Positions 22,301 through 30,194 of a stretch of 64,000 nucleotides of DNA are shown one piece after another. The first letter of the stretch is position 1; each line of letters begins with the position of its first letter. The notes under the pieces were generated by a model. It was not told where the DNA came from. It saw only the letters and a list, made by a program, of their open reading frames with translations, and ran no database searches. A program made the translations under genes and the position numbers. Source of the stretch: a virus (taxonomy: Duplodnaviria > Caudoviricetes); IMG/VR virus record IMGVR_UViG_3300031857_000139, positions 2,066 to 66,065 of that record; one strand, given 5' to 3'.

Positions 22301-22585
22301 CAAGTATTAGATGATTCTTCATGGCAGTTAATGACGATGATTAATAATTCTGAATCATTATACTCTCAGACAAGAGACCAATATTATGAATATAGTTTTG
22401 CTCCTGGTTCAAGTAATGTTGGTCAAGGTTATGTTGAATATACTTCCATAAACGGACAAACATATACCACATTTAGCCAGTTTGCAATCAAGATTGTTCT
22501 TACAACAACAGATAACACAGCAGTACCTGTTCTGATTGACATGAGAGCAATCGCTTTACCACCTAACGTAAACGTAACGCTATGA
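16316..22585 (+). CDS. Very large virion structural protein (DUF4815/VrlC-like)
   Basis: N-terminal FNVDPYYDDFD..KNFHRILFKPGFAVQARELTQ.QSILQ.Q, APGADRY, KRYTMQDI..LENRI..IEYY, RFKNG..VDDF, DPVAQT. This family typically follows gp8 in environmental T4-like phages. Confidence 0.8.
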   Translation: MPLNFNVDPYYDDFDPAKNFHRILFKPGFAVQARELTQSQSILQDQITKFADNIFKQNSPVTGGQVTTNFNCSYIKLQPTYNDAAIDINAFANKLVRNATGTVLAQVIAIVAATGTTGAGDPPTLIVSYKSGDQFQDDDVVYDVTSNLTAQAQALDATGLSSVASIAQGVFYVSSNYTRSDGITISDGLFVQVNPQTVVVDKYDNTPTKRIGLNIDETITDYVNDTSLLDPAVGASNYQAPGADRYKVTLTLESRPITFGDDDGFIELVRVEDGNTVKLVDGSVYGVIDDYFAKRDYETNGDYVVSDFKLTPRANTSDPDAYIMNVGKGLAYVHGYRLENFTSIDLNSARARTTETQNNNPVFINFGSYFYVDNVNGANSSYFDTTSYSQVDLHCVDSGAVSFANSNTYNATVVATANVRALIYDSSTASNANSYVYKAYVANIQNQTQVATANGGSSSTITLPSYFSNLTDAYLGVNITINSGPGAGDFRTITAYNGTTKVATVNQNWTATPTTASVFTLNFDTKDIESIIYANKSSYPASMYARADIDAEQGKVGGLETGDTVLQNPNVPELVFTIGNPYVETITDTSYTTQQVWRSVSFTPSGGAFVATLPYTGDYNGVIRHFGTPSTTLSADLVKQNFTIVVTNAGSSTLNVGDNVIWTTGGRTVTLNASGSTATLSASDVGGTFTATVYAKVFVENAQDTGRILKNKYLIQANTSVINSSNTQIATYTFVDDTSLTSTGQVYIQNAGLVAPGNIQSLYLSDVKQIVKIIDTKNANTVPTVAMISNPLYDVTNNYNFDNGQRDSYYDHASITLKPGASQPIGNLLVLVDYYQASGGDGYFSILSYANEQYQEIPQYTSTYGTLYYLRDCIDFRPTRVNATTVFEFRYSNSGTNRGVFLPVDLTTFLGDYSYYLGRKDKLVLSKDRSFQIVEGAPSLNPIYPTEPDGSLVIAQLIHNPYTGYIPTEAPPGTLADLSIQKVKHKRYTMQDIAGLENRINQIEYYASLNLLEQKASSLQITDSFGLNRFKNGIVVDDFSSYATADTQNLDYFATINRRERKMTATQNVRNFPLKSLALAYNMNMPSADTSTALGYNISTDSYINYFTLPYTTANAITQRIASRTVNVNPFAFNTKEGVVSLSPNVDNWVDTNYAPALLITDPNLQVFRANQGQINVLSAGDWQAISGTSFSSTQWGRNWNLTTTVQTTNFAASDIVGPYDRIGNTYALDNGYITDISILPYIRSQEVVVRTKGLLINTLVTGQFDNIDVTNYIRKGNRIELTGVSGTFNENDIIGYFSSGVFTPTGRVLGVYRYPGTSNVRLYIAGDATSTQYSNSSVLQNGFYNTAGVYQNSTAQGTIASTSHLGGRIVNYEATNKIKLSALASTTNNYYTSNTIYINAGTGAGQSATISAYYGANQTALLSSTVTAANGDIYSIGTLRTDESGALYGVFIIPENTFHTGERVLNINNGINGNIDSATTFAEATYYAQGLQATSQRMDFGASPSGAKGTFTSTRTASTTTISTVFNVWDPVAQTIIISKDNYPNGMFLNSVKVFFRGKPANDSSPVSLYMVGTLNGYPNGDVIDNSVVTLTPDQVVVSENPQYLDPTTYTEFTFNAPVYIQPGLLYAFIVKSNSNEYVLWTAFNGDTAVASSTKNLPTDPTPSTVTKVGGAPSVGALFISQNSQTWTADQNQSLMFVIDRCVFNTAASPSIQFVVPKKLPQRTLVDESVEYFLNANAIPDITNTVANTNVLVDAFNVTTTDLVPTTTSINYSYNASLTNGTLTTTTPINPGKFATSASDNIYLNDGNGQRVLVANSTASFSVLAQLSSSDDAVSPMISDAGLTAYAITWNVNNCELSNSLITVVNGGTGYNVACTSVTISAPTGEGGIQATAAANISSGVIQSVYLINPGSGYIETPTVTVTDANTSPGTGASVTITGETSPAGGPGLSKYLTKKVVLDAGFDSGDLIVYTTAYRPVDTDIKVYYKILNRNDTQVLDDSSWQLMTMINNSESLYSQTRDQYYEYSFAPGSSNVGQGYVEYTSINGQTYTTFSQFAIKIVLTTTDNTAVPVLIDMRAIALPPNVNVTL

Positions 22586-22821
22586 GTCTAGTTCAAATAC
22601 CAGAAACCACTTTTGTTCGTGATACGGCATCCATGGCTCTTATCAATCAAGATAAAGGTGGACTGGATGCCTACATGAAACAACGTAATGTTTTATTGGC
22701 TCAAAAACAAGAAATAAATAATATAAAATCAGAAATTGATAGCATCAGAAGTGATATGCAAGACATTAAAAAACTGATGATGCAACTAATAGATAAAGGT
22801 TCAAATGGCCAACACAGTTAA
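22582..22821 (+). CDS. Small coiled-coil hypothetical protein
   Basis: ATGA overlap with the upstream gene. VRD..S.A.IN motif and a C-terminal heptad pattern. Confidence 0.65.
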   Translation: MSLVQIPETTFVRDTASMALINQDKGGLDAYMKQRNVLLAQKQEINNIKSEIDSIRSDMQDIKKLMMQLIDKGSNGQHS

Positions 22822-24268
22822 TTATCTCACCTTTGCCAATACATTTGGCGATTGGGTCGTTACAACAAACAATCTCGCAAGAGAGAACAATGACTTGGCG
22901 GCCAACAACTATATTAAACCAACAGGAACATTATATCTTAATGATCCAACTTTAGGTCTACAGGTTGCAAACAATGCAATTATTGCTGGTCAATTACAGG
23001 TACAAGGTATTGGTTCGTCTGCCTATATTCAAAATAACCTACAAGTAGGCACACAAGTATACTTTAGTAACTCTGTTTTAGGTCTGACCAACTCAGGTGA
23101 TATGATTGTTGGTGGTAGTTTATCTGTTGGTGGTAACTTTGTTATCAATGGTTCTACTGTTAATAGTTCTAACAACTTCACTTTAAATTCTAATAATACT
23201 GTTGGTATTAATAGCACATTCAATGTCTATCGTGGTTCTAGTGGTGCCAATGCTTCTATTTTATGGAATGAAACAGTAGACCAATGGCAGTTACTAAACA
23301 ATGCTGATTCTACCTATTACAGAATTCTAACAACCAATGAAGTAACATCTTCATTAGTTTCTACAAGTTCAAACACAGCGGCTTCAGCGGCAGCTGCCAA
23401 CGCATTGAGTTCTGCAATCACTACTGCAAACACCTCAATGAAGTCTTATGTTGATACAGCCAATACTTCGATGAAGTCTTATGTGGATACGGCCAACACC
23501 TCAATGAAGTCATATGTTGATGCCAATGTGGCATTAAATGCTGGTATCAATAATACACAAAATACTAATATTACATTAGTCAATCAGTTTGCTGGTGGTG
23601 CCTATAATACTGCTAACGGTGCCAATGGTTTGGCAGCCGGTGCTTATAATGCCGCTAACGGTGCCAACGGACTGGCTGCTGGTGCTTTCAATACTGCCAA
23701 CGGTGCCAATGGTCTGGCTGCTGGTGCTTATAATACTGCTAACGCAGTTAATTCATATGCACAATCGATTTACAATTCATCAAACACTAAAGTTTCTTCT
23801 ATCACAGGAACAACCAATCAGATTACTGTAACTGGTACAACCACACCAACACTATCTTTACCACAAAATATTAATACTGGTGCATCCGTTCAGTTCGGTT
23901 CGTTTGGTGTAGGTACAGCCGCATCTGGTACGACTGGTGAAATTCGTGCTACCAATAACATTACTGCTTACTACTCAGATGATAGACTTAAAACCAAATT
24001 AGGCAACATTGAAAGTGCTTTAGATAAAGTAATGTCATTAAATGGTTTCTATCATGAAGCCAACGAAACGGCACAGGCACTAGGCTATGAAGTAGTTCGT
24101 GAGGTTGGTGTGTCAGCACAAGAGGTTAATGCAGTTCTACCAGAGGTTGTGGCACCTGCACCAATTGATCCTCAGTATATGACAGTTCGGTATGAGAGGT
24201 TAGTTCCTTTGTTGATTGAAGCAATCAAGGAATTGAAGTCTGAAATAGATAGTTTGAAGAAATCCTAA
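22805..24268 (+). CDS. Tail fibre with coiled-coil stalk and C-terminal S74 chaperone
   Basis: N-terminal NTFGDWVVTTN, 11-aa and 14-aa repeats, and YSDDRLK...VGVSAQEV..VLPEVV...VRYERLVPLLIEAIKEL. Confidence 0.8.
   Translation: MANTVNYLTFANTFGDWVVTTNNLARENNDLAANNYIKPTGTLYLNDPTLGLQVANNAIIAGQLQVQGIGSSAYIQNNLQVGTQVYFSNSVLGLTNSGDMIVGGSLSVGGNFVINGSTVNSSNNFTLNSNNTVGINSTFNVYRGSSGANASILWNETVDQWQLLNNADSTYYRILTTNEVTSSLVSTSSNTAASAAAANALSSAITTANTSMKSYVDTANTSMKSYVDTANTSMKSYVDANVALNAGINNTQNTNITLVNQFAGGAYNTANGANGLAAGAYNAANGANGLAAGAFNTANGANGLAAGAYNTANAVNSYAQSIYNSSNTKVSSITGTTNQITVTGTTTPTLSLPQNINTGASVQFGSFGVGTAASGTTGEIRATNNITAYYSDDRLKTKLGNIESALDKVMSLNGFYHEANETAQALGYEVVREVGVSAQEVNAVLPEVVAPAPIDPQYMTVRYERLVPLLIEAIKELKSEIDSLKKS
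23423..23521 (+). repeat. Coding tandem repeat, 3 x 33 bp (TANTSMKSYVD)
   Basis: Three identical peptide units with synonymous nucleotide differences. Confidence 0.9.
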
Positions 24269-24340
24269 AATTCAAAATTTGGCATTCCGGCCTCAAAATT
24301 TTTTGTCGCCAAACCAAAGTTTAAAAAAAGCGATTTTACT
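24267..24340. repeat. Dispersed intergenic A-tract element, copy 2
   Basis: CATTCCGGCC at 24283-24292 and AAAAAAGCGATTTTACT at 24324-24340, as in 7195-7267. Confidence 0.85.
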
Positions 24341-24356
24341 TCATGAAGTTAGACTA

Positions 24357-24364
24357 ACTAAATA
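24357..24364 (+). promoter_or_regulatory. Late promoter-like motif (ACTAAATA)
   Basis: TAAATA core, intergenic, ~30 nt upstream of ATG 24394. Confidence 0.5.
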
Positions 24365-24393
24365 CCTAAGAAAGATTATACACAGGATATAAG

Positions 24394-24735
24394 ATGGCAG
24401 CAGCATATCAAGAACTATTTCTAGAACAAGGTACGACATTTACCACCAATATTACATTAGATGATATTGATGGTGTTCCATATAATTTGACTGATGTTAT
24501 CGCCAAAAGTCAGATTCGTAAGTCATATTATTCAGCCAACACAACCGCTGAATTTACCACCACCATCAATTCTCCTAATACAGGAGTTATTCTATTGTCT
24601 TTAACAGCACCAGTCACAGCCAATATTGCTGCTGGACGATATGTGTATGATGTGGCAATTAAAGATACCGCTAATACCGTGACTAGGGTGTTAGAAGGAA
24701 TCGTGAATGTTATTCCTCAAGTCACTAAGTTTTAA
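24394..24735 (+). CDS. Small beta-rich virion adaptor protein
   Basis: L.LEQGTTF...AKSQIRKSY.S...I.LSLT...T..I.AGRYVYDV....RVLEG.V.V.P.VT is a pattern common in T4-like fibre regions. Confidence 0.65.
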   Translation: MAAAYQELFLEQGTTFTTNITLDDIDGVPYNLTDVIAKSQIRKSYYSANTTAEFTTTINSPNTGVILLSLTAPVTANIAAGRYVYDVAIKDTANTVTRVLEGIVNVIPQVTKF

Positions 24736-24744
24736 GGAACTTTC

Positions 24745-24966
24745 ATGCCAGGACAAGTAATCGGAACAGTCAATGTTCAAGTAAACAAACAACAAAACCA
24801 AACTGTTCGCCAGTTAAACTATGGTATACGGTCACTCAAAGGTTCTACAGACCTTTCTTTGGTCGATGTTCAAAACGATGATGTGATTGTTTATCAAGCA
24901 AATACGGATAGTTTCATTGTTAAATCTGTTCAAGATGCTGTGGACCTAGATGCAGGATTCTTCTGA
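24745..24966 (+). CDS. Small fibre-associated protein ending in DAGFF
   Basis: SD AAGGA upstream. C-terminal D-x-G-x-F motif. Confidence 0.6.
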   Translation: MPGQVIGTVNVQVNKQQNQTVRQLNYGIRSLKGSTDLSLVDVQNDDVIVYQANTDSFIVKSVQDAVDLDAGFF

Positions 24967-25163
24967 TGGCCAATACAGTCATACAGATTCTTCGTTCATA
25001 TGCCAATACAGCACCAGCCAATTTAGCGGATGGTGAATTAGCGTATTCATTTGTTTCCAATACACTTTTTATTGGAACAGCGAACAGTCAGATTGTTCAA
25101 ATAGGCGGTCCGAATTTCATTGCCAACGTTACCATTAATACGGTAGACGGTGGTGGATTTTAA
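24966..25163 (+). CDS. Minimal fibre linker protein (N-terminal RS..GELAY module plus DGGGF end)
   Basis: N-terminus is paralogous to 25208 and 27544. Confidence 0.65.
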   Translation: MANTVIQILRSYANTAPANLADGELAYSFVSNTLFIGTANSQIVQIGGPNFIANVTINTVDGGGF

Positions 25164-25169
25164 TAAATA
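25162..25169 (+). promoter_or_regulatory. Late promoter-like motif (AATAAATA)
   Basis: Intergenic TAAATA core upstream of 25208. Confidence 0.5.
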
Positions 25170-25207
25170 GAACTGATGGTACCATAATAATAATAAGAGA
25201 GAAATAA

Positions 25208-26980
25208 ATGGCCAATACTAATATTTTAATTAAACGCTCAACCACAACTGGCGTTCCCGTCAGTCTACAAGCTGGTGAGTTAGCGTATTCTTATCTATCC
25301 AATACAATTTTTATTGGAACACCAGGTGGTAATGGTGTTGTTAATGTTGGTGGTCAATACTACACCGCTCAAGTAGATGCAGCTACCAGTTCAAATACTG
25401 CTAGCACATTAGTCAAGCGTGATGCCAATGGCCAATTCTCTGGTCGACTAGATGGTATTGCTGGTAAAGCTGATGTAATTACCAATGCAAGAAACTTCTC
25501 TATCTCTGGCGGTGATATTACTGCCACAGCACAAAGTTTTGATGGTTCGGCTGCCGTTACTTTAAGTGCTTCTCTCAATGCAGTACCTTCTCTTGGTGCT
25601 GGTACTTACGGTTCTCAAACAGAAATTCCAGTCATTCAAGTGGCCGCCAACGGCCGTGTAATGAATGTTACAACCTCTACAATTTCAACAACTCTCTCTA
25701 CATCTGCTGATTCTGGTACTGGTTCTGTTAACCTTCTCAATGATACATTAAACTTTGTTGGTGCTCAAGGTATCACCACATCTGATTCTGGTAATACAGT
25801 CACATTTAATGTTGATGACACAGTTGTTCGTGCCAATGCCTTTACTGGTGGTGAACAAACAATTAATACAAACTTAGTTATTGGTGCAAATAATGATTTG
25901 ACCGTTACAGGTAACTTATTTGTATTTGGTAATACAACAACATTAAACATTGACCAGTTTGAACTTGGCGACCCATTACTTCTTTTAGGTGTTGGTAATT
26001 ATTTCTCTGATACATTTGATATTGGTTTTACCGCTCACTACAATGATGGTTCTAATGCTCAAACCGGTTTAATTCGTGATGTAGGAACAAAAGAATATCA
26101 TTTCTTCAAAGATTATACAGGCATTTTAGATGCCAACAACAACATTAATCTAAGTGATCCTTCGTACCGAGAAGCAAATGTTTATGCATCATATTTCAAA
26201 GGCAATGTAATTGCCACAACAGTTGCAGCCAATTCAATCACCACAACAGGTAATGTAACAGTTGGTGGTAATTTAGTAGTTACTGGTGACATTGTAATTG
26301 ATGACTTACAAGTTGATACAATCACCGCAAATACATTAACACTCACCAATGCTCTCACAGTACCAAATGGTGGTACAGGTAAAACATCATTCAATACTGG
26401 CCAAATTGTTATTGGTTCTGGTGTAAATGGTCTTACACAGATTGCTAACTCTAGTGTTGCTGTCAATCAAACATTTGGTTCTGCTTCTGCTGTTGCTGCA
26501 TTTGAAACTGATGTATATGGTCGTGTAGTTGCTGTTACAAATACTTCAATCAGTATCGATACATCACAGATTACTTCTGGTACATTACCTTATACTCGTG
26601 GCGGTACAGGTTCTACAACTTACACAACGGGTGGTTTGTTAATTGCTGGTGCTTCTGGTTTTGAATCACTTGCTAATACAACTTATACATTAACTGGTGC
26701 TCTTGCATCTAATAATACAATCACAAGTATTACTGTTGATGCATATGGAAGATTCACAGCTGCAACTGGTGCCGCAATCGCTGGTCTAACTGTAGGCCAA
26801 GGTGGTACAGGTCTCTCAACAATTACACAAAACGGTATTACATACGGTAACGGAACAGGAAATCTAGGTGTAACAGCTGCTGCTGGTGGTGCCGACCAAA
26901 CTTGGTCAAATCAAATACTGACAGTTACTAATGCTGGTGTACCTGTATGGACAACAGCCTTAGATGGAGGCCAGTTCTAA
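25208..26980 (+). CDS. Tail fibre protein
   Basis: MANTNILIKRS..P.SLQAGELAY N-terminus, GTYGS...PV..V...GRV and L.V..GGTG fibre repeats, ends LDGGQF. Confidence 0.75.
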   Translation: MANTNILIKRSTTTGVPVSLQAGELAYSYLSNTIFIGTPGGNGVVNVGGQYYTAQVDAATSSNTASTLVKRDANGQFSGRLDGIAGKADVITNARNFSISGGDITATAQSFDGSAAVTLSASLNAVPSLGAGTYGSQTEIPVIQVAANGRVMNVTTSTISTTLSTSADSGTGSVNLLNDTLNFVGAQGITTSDSGNTVTFNVDDTVVRANAFTGGEQTINTNLVIGANNDLTVTGNLFVFGNTTTLNIDQFELGDPLLLLGVGNYFSDTFDIGFTAHYNDGSNAQTGLIRDVGTKEYHFFKDYTGILDANNNINLSDPSYREANVYASYFKGNVIATTVAANSITTTGNVTVGGNLVVTGDIVIDDLQVDTITANTLTLTNALTVPNGGTGKTSFNTGQIVIGSGVNGLTQIANSSVAVNQTFGSASAVAAFETDVYGRVVAVTNTSISIDTSQITSGTLPYTRGGTGSTTYTTGGLLIAGASGFESLANTTYTLTGALASNNTITSITVDAYGRFTAATGAAIAGLTVGQGGTGLSTITQNGITYGNGTGNLGVTAAAGGADQTWSNQILTVTNAGVPVWTTALDGGQF

Positions 26981-27017
26981 GTAGTAACTATATAATTTTT
27001 TATAATAGGAGTTTGAA

Positions 27018-27539
27018 ATGGGCAATGAAAAGTATTTGAATTATTATGTTGAAATATTGACTGGCACAATGACTGATGCCGTAATTAGAAATATTTCATT
27101 ACAAGCTAATGCAAGAGTTACTGAAGATGTGATTGATGAACAATCAAAAACGATTGAGAAATTAAAAAGTGATTTAGAAAATGTGAATTCTGGTAAAGAC
27201 GGTACAATTAAAGGTCATTTAGATACGATTAATAGTTTAAATAACCAACTGTCTGAATTAAACAGAATGAAAGGTGAATATGAAACTGTTAAACATCAAG
27301 TTGACCATGTGAATACTTTTAGAAGTGAATTGATTAAAGAACGAGCAGAACATTCAAAAACTCGTGAAGAATTTGAAAAAAGAATTAAAGAATTAAACGA
27401 ACAGATTGAATATTTGCAATTAACTCCTGCCAAGCGTAAGAAGATTGACGAAGAAAAAAACAAACAAGTGGAAGTTGTTGAAGAAATCGTTTCAGTTTTA
27501 CCACTTGATGACATAACGAAAGATGGCGGAAGTTTTTAA
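27018..27539 (+). CDS. Charged coiled-coil protein ending in DGGSF
   Basis: SD AGGAG upstream, heptad-rich, terminal DGGxF motif. Confidence 0.65.
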   Translation: MGNEKYLNYYVEILTGTMTDAVIRNISLQANARVTEDVIDEQSKTIEKLKSDLENVNSGKDGTIKGHLDTINSLNNQLSELNRMKGEYETVKHQVDHVNTFRSELIKERAEHSKTREEFEKRIKELNEQIEYLQLTPAKRKKIDEEKNKQVEVVEEIVSVLPLDDITKDGGSF

Positions 27540-27543
27540 ATAG

Positions 27544-28572
27544 ATGGCAAATACAACCTTACAGTTAAAAAAATCAGGCGCAACAGGTAATGTACCGCCC
27601 TCACTAGCATATGGTGAGTTGGCGTTAAACTACGCCGATGGAAAACTGTATTACAAAGCCGCTAACGGCACTATCACTTATATTCAAAGTGGTACAGACA
27701 CAGATTCGTTTGCAACTATTAATGCAAACAGTTCTTTAATCCTTGCTACATCACCGACTGATACACTTTCAATACTTCCTGGTAATAATATTACCATCTC
27801 TGCGGATACAGTTGGTAAATCAATCACAATTAATTCTACTGCAACTGGTGGTTCTGGTGCAGACCAGTTTGCTCGTGATACAGCTAATGCAGCCTTTGTT
27901 CAAGCCAATGCGGCGATTGATTTAGCACAGTCTGCCTATGATTATGCAAACACAATTCCTGGTGGCGGTGGTGGTTCATTAGTCATCAGCAATGACACTG
28001 CTAACACAGCAGAAAGATTCATTAGTTTCACCGATAAAACTTCTGGTGCCGCTAATACACTTTTTACATCTAACAACAATTTAACCTACACACCTTCATT
28101 AGGTAAGATAAAGTTAAATCAGTTAGCTGTAACATCCAATACCAATATTTCAGCGAATAGTGCAACTGTAATTGGTACTAGTCCAACAGTCTTGGATAGT
28201 TTTTCAACTACTTTATTCCGTGGTGCTTTCTATCAAGTTCAGATGGAAAGTGGTGGTAGTTTTCATGTCATCAATATTAACATTGTAAACTCAGAAGGTT
28301 CAGCACAGGTTACTACATATGGTAGTATCTACAACGGACCATCATTAGCCACATTCTCGGCTAATGTTTCTGGTGGCTTTGTTAATTTGATTATCACAGC
28401 AACACAGGCATCAACCACCGTATCGTTCATTCGATATGGTTTGAATAAGTTAACTGCTGGTATTCCAGTTGGTGACTTAGGTTGGGTTGATGAGGCCACA
28501 ACGGCTGAATTTGATGCTGGATTTGACTTAGATGCAACTACAAGCACCTTCGACTATGGTTATTTGAGTTGA
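27544..28572 (+). CDS. Tail fibre/adaptor protein
   Basis: N-terminal LKKS..P.SLAYGELALNY.DGKLYY, a DSFSTT.FRGAFY domain (paralog of the 28612 C-terminus), and C-terminal DLG/DAG/DYG repeats. Confidence 0.7.
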   Translation: MANTTLQLKKSGATGNVPPSLAYGELALNYADGKLYYKAANGTITYIQSGTDTDSFATINANSSLILATSPTDTLSILPGNNITISADTVGKSITINSTATGGSGADQFARDTANAAFVQANAAIDLAQSAYDYANTIPGGGGGSLVISNDTANTAERFISFTDKTSGAANTLFTSNNNLTYTPSLGKIKLNQLAVTSNTNISANSATVIGTSPTVLDSFSTTLFRGAFYQVQMESGGSFHVININIVNSEGSAQVTTYGSIYNGPSLATFSANVSGGFVNLIITATQASTTVSFIRYGLNKLTAGIPVGDLGWVDEATTAEFDAGFDLDATTSTFDYGYLS

Positions 28573-28579
28573 ATAAATA
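28572..28579 (+). promoter_or_regulatory. Late promoter-like motif (AATAAATA)
   Basis: Intergenic, upstream of 28612. Confidence 0.5.
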
Positions 28580-28611
28580 CAAAGATAAAACGAATATTTT
28601 AGGGTAAAACA

Positions 28612-30159
28612 ATGGCCACACAATTACAACTGAGAAAAGGTAATACAGCACAGACCGCCGTGTTCACGGGTGCTCTTGCTGAAGTTACTGTTGATATCGA
28701 CCAAGATACCGTTGTTGTCCATGACGGCACAACAGTTGGCGGTAATTATATTGTCACCAAAGCACAGTTAGAAAGTAATGTTTCTATACTACAAGGTATC
28801 AACACCACACAAAATACTAATATTACGGCAGTTAATGGATTTGCCGCTGGTGCTTTCAATACTGCTAACGGTGCCAATGGTTTGGCTGCCGGTGCTTATA
28901 ATACTGCCAATACTAACGCTACAAATATCTCAATCATTCAAGGTGTCGACCTTACTCAGAACACCAACATTACAGCAGTAAACAACTATGCCGTTTCTGC
29001 ATACAATCAAGCCAATACCAATGCAACCAACATTACAGCAGTAAATGGTTTTGCTCAGAGTGCTTTCAATACTGCCAACGGTGCCAATGGTCTGGCTGCT
29101 GGTGCCTATAATCAGGCAAACTCAGCTTATTCTTATACTACACAAGTAGAAGCCATTGCACAGAACGCATACAATAAAGCCAATTCGGCCTTTGATTCTT
29201 CTAATGCAGTAAATGGTTTTGCCATCTCTGCTTTCAACAAAGCCAATTCGGCCAACATTTTAGCTCAAGCAGCCTTCGATACAGCAAACTTAAAGTTTGA
29301 TACTTCTGGTGGTAATATTAATGGTGATGTTGTCATTACTGCTAACAATGATTTAACTGTTACTGGTAACTTATATGTTTTAGGTAACACAGTTTCATTT
29401 GGTACACAGACCTTAGAAGTTGTTGACCCAATGATTTTGTTGGCAACAGGAAACTATTCAACTGATTTATTAGATATTGGTTTTGCTGGAAGTTATAATG
29501 ATGGTGCAAATGCTCATACAGGTTTGTTCCGAGATGCAACAGGCAATAAAGACTGGTACTTCTTTGAAGGTTATACTCCTGAAGTTAGTGGTAATAATAA
29601 CATTATTATTGCTGATCCATCATTTAGAACTTCAAATGTCAATGTTAATTATTTAAAAGGTAACCTAATTGCTACGACAGCAGTTGTTGGTGACCGAAAC
29701 ATACTAACCTATACACAAGCAGCTTTTGATACTGCTAATACTGCGAACACACGAGCAAATGATTCTGTATTAAAGTCTGGTGACACAATGACCGGTTCGT
29801 TGACAGGTGTAACAACACTTGGTGCAACTACAATTAGTTTGGCACAAGTAGATGCAACAAGTAATACATTTACAACAGGATCTACTTCACAAGTTTCTAT
29901 TGATGCATGGCCAACAGCCTCATATCGTTCTGCCAAATACTTTGTTCAAGTTTCTTCTGGTACTGATTTTCATATCATTGAATTAAATCTAGTTCATGAT
30001 GGCACCACAGTATTTTTGGCACAATATGGTGAAGTATTAACCAGTTCTTCTCTAGGAACATTTGATGCTGATATTTCTGGTTCAACAGTTCGTTTATTGT
30101 TTACTGGTGTAAATGCAGTATCAACAGTCAAAGTTTTAAGAACTGTGGTGGATGCATAA
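28612..30159 (+). CDS. Tail fibre with Mtd-N/hyaluronidase-N-like N-terminal domain
   Basis: QLQLRKG.TA....FTGA.AE.TVD.D..T.VVHDG.T.GG, 14-aa repeats, and a C-terminal YRSAKY..Q...HDG...AQYG domain. Confidence 0.75.
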   Translation: MATQLQLRKGNTAQTAVFTGALAEVTVDIDQDTVVVHDGTTVGGNYIVTKAQLESNVSILQGINTTQNTNITAVNGFAAGAFNTANGANGLAAGAYNTANTNATNISIIQGVDLTQNTNITAVNNYAVSAYNQANTNATNITAVNGFAQSAFNTANGANGLAAGAYNQANSAYSYTTQVEAIAQNAYNKANSAFDSSNAVNGFAISAFNKANSANILAQAAFDTANLKFDTSGGNINGDVVITANNDLTVTGNLYVLGNTVSFGTQTLEVVDPMILLATGNYSTDLLDIGFAGSYNDGANAHTGLFRDATGNKDWYFFEGYTPEVSGNNNIIIADPSFRTSNVNVNYLKGNLIATTAVVGDRNILTYTQAAFDTANTANTRANDSVLKSGDTMTGSLTGVTTLGATTISLAQVDATSNTFTTGSTSQVSIDAWPTASYRSAKYFVQVSSGTDFHIIELNLVHDGTTVFLAQYGEVLTSSSLGTFDADISGSTVRLLFTGVNAVSTVKVLRTVVDA

Positions 30160-30165
30160 TAAATA
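30158..30165 (+). promoter_or_regulatory. Late promoter-like motif (AATAAATA) upstream of the oxygenase
   Basis: TAAATA core. A second GTAAATA lies at 30176-30182. Confidence 0.5.
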
Positions 30166-30194
30166 GTTTTATCATGTAAATAAGTGAGGTTGTT

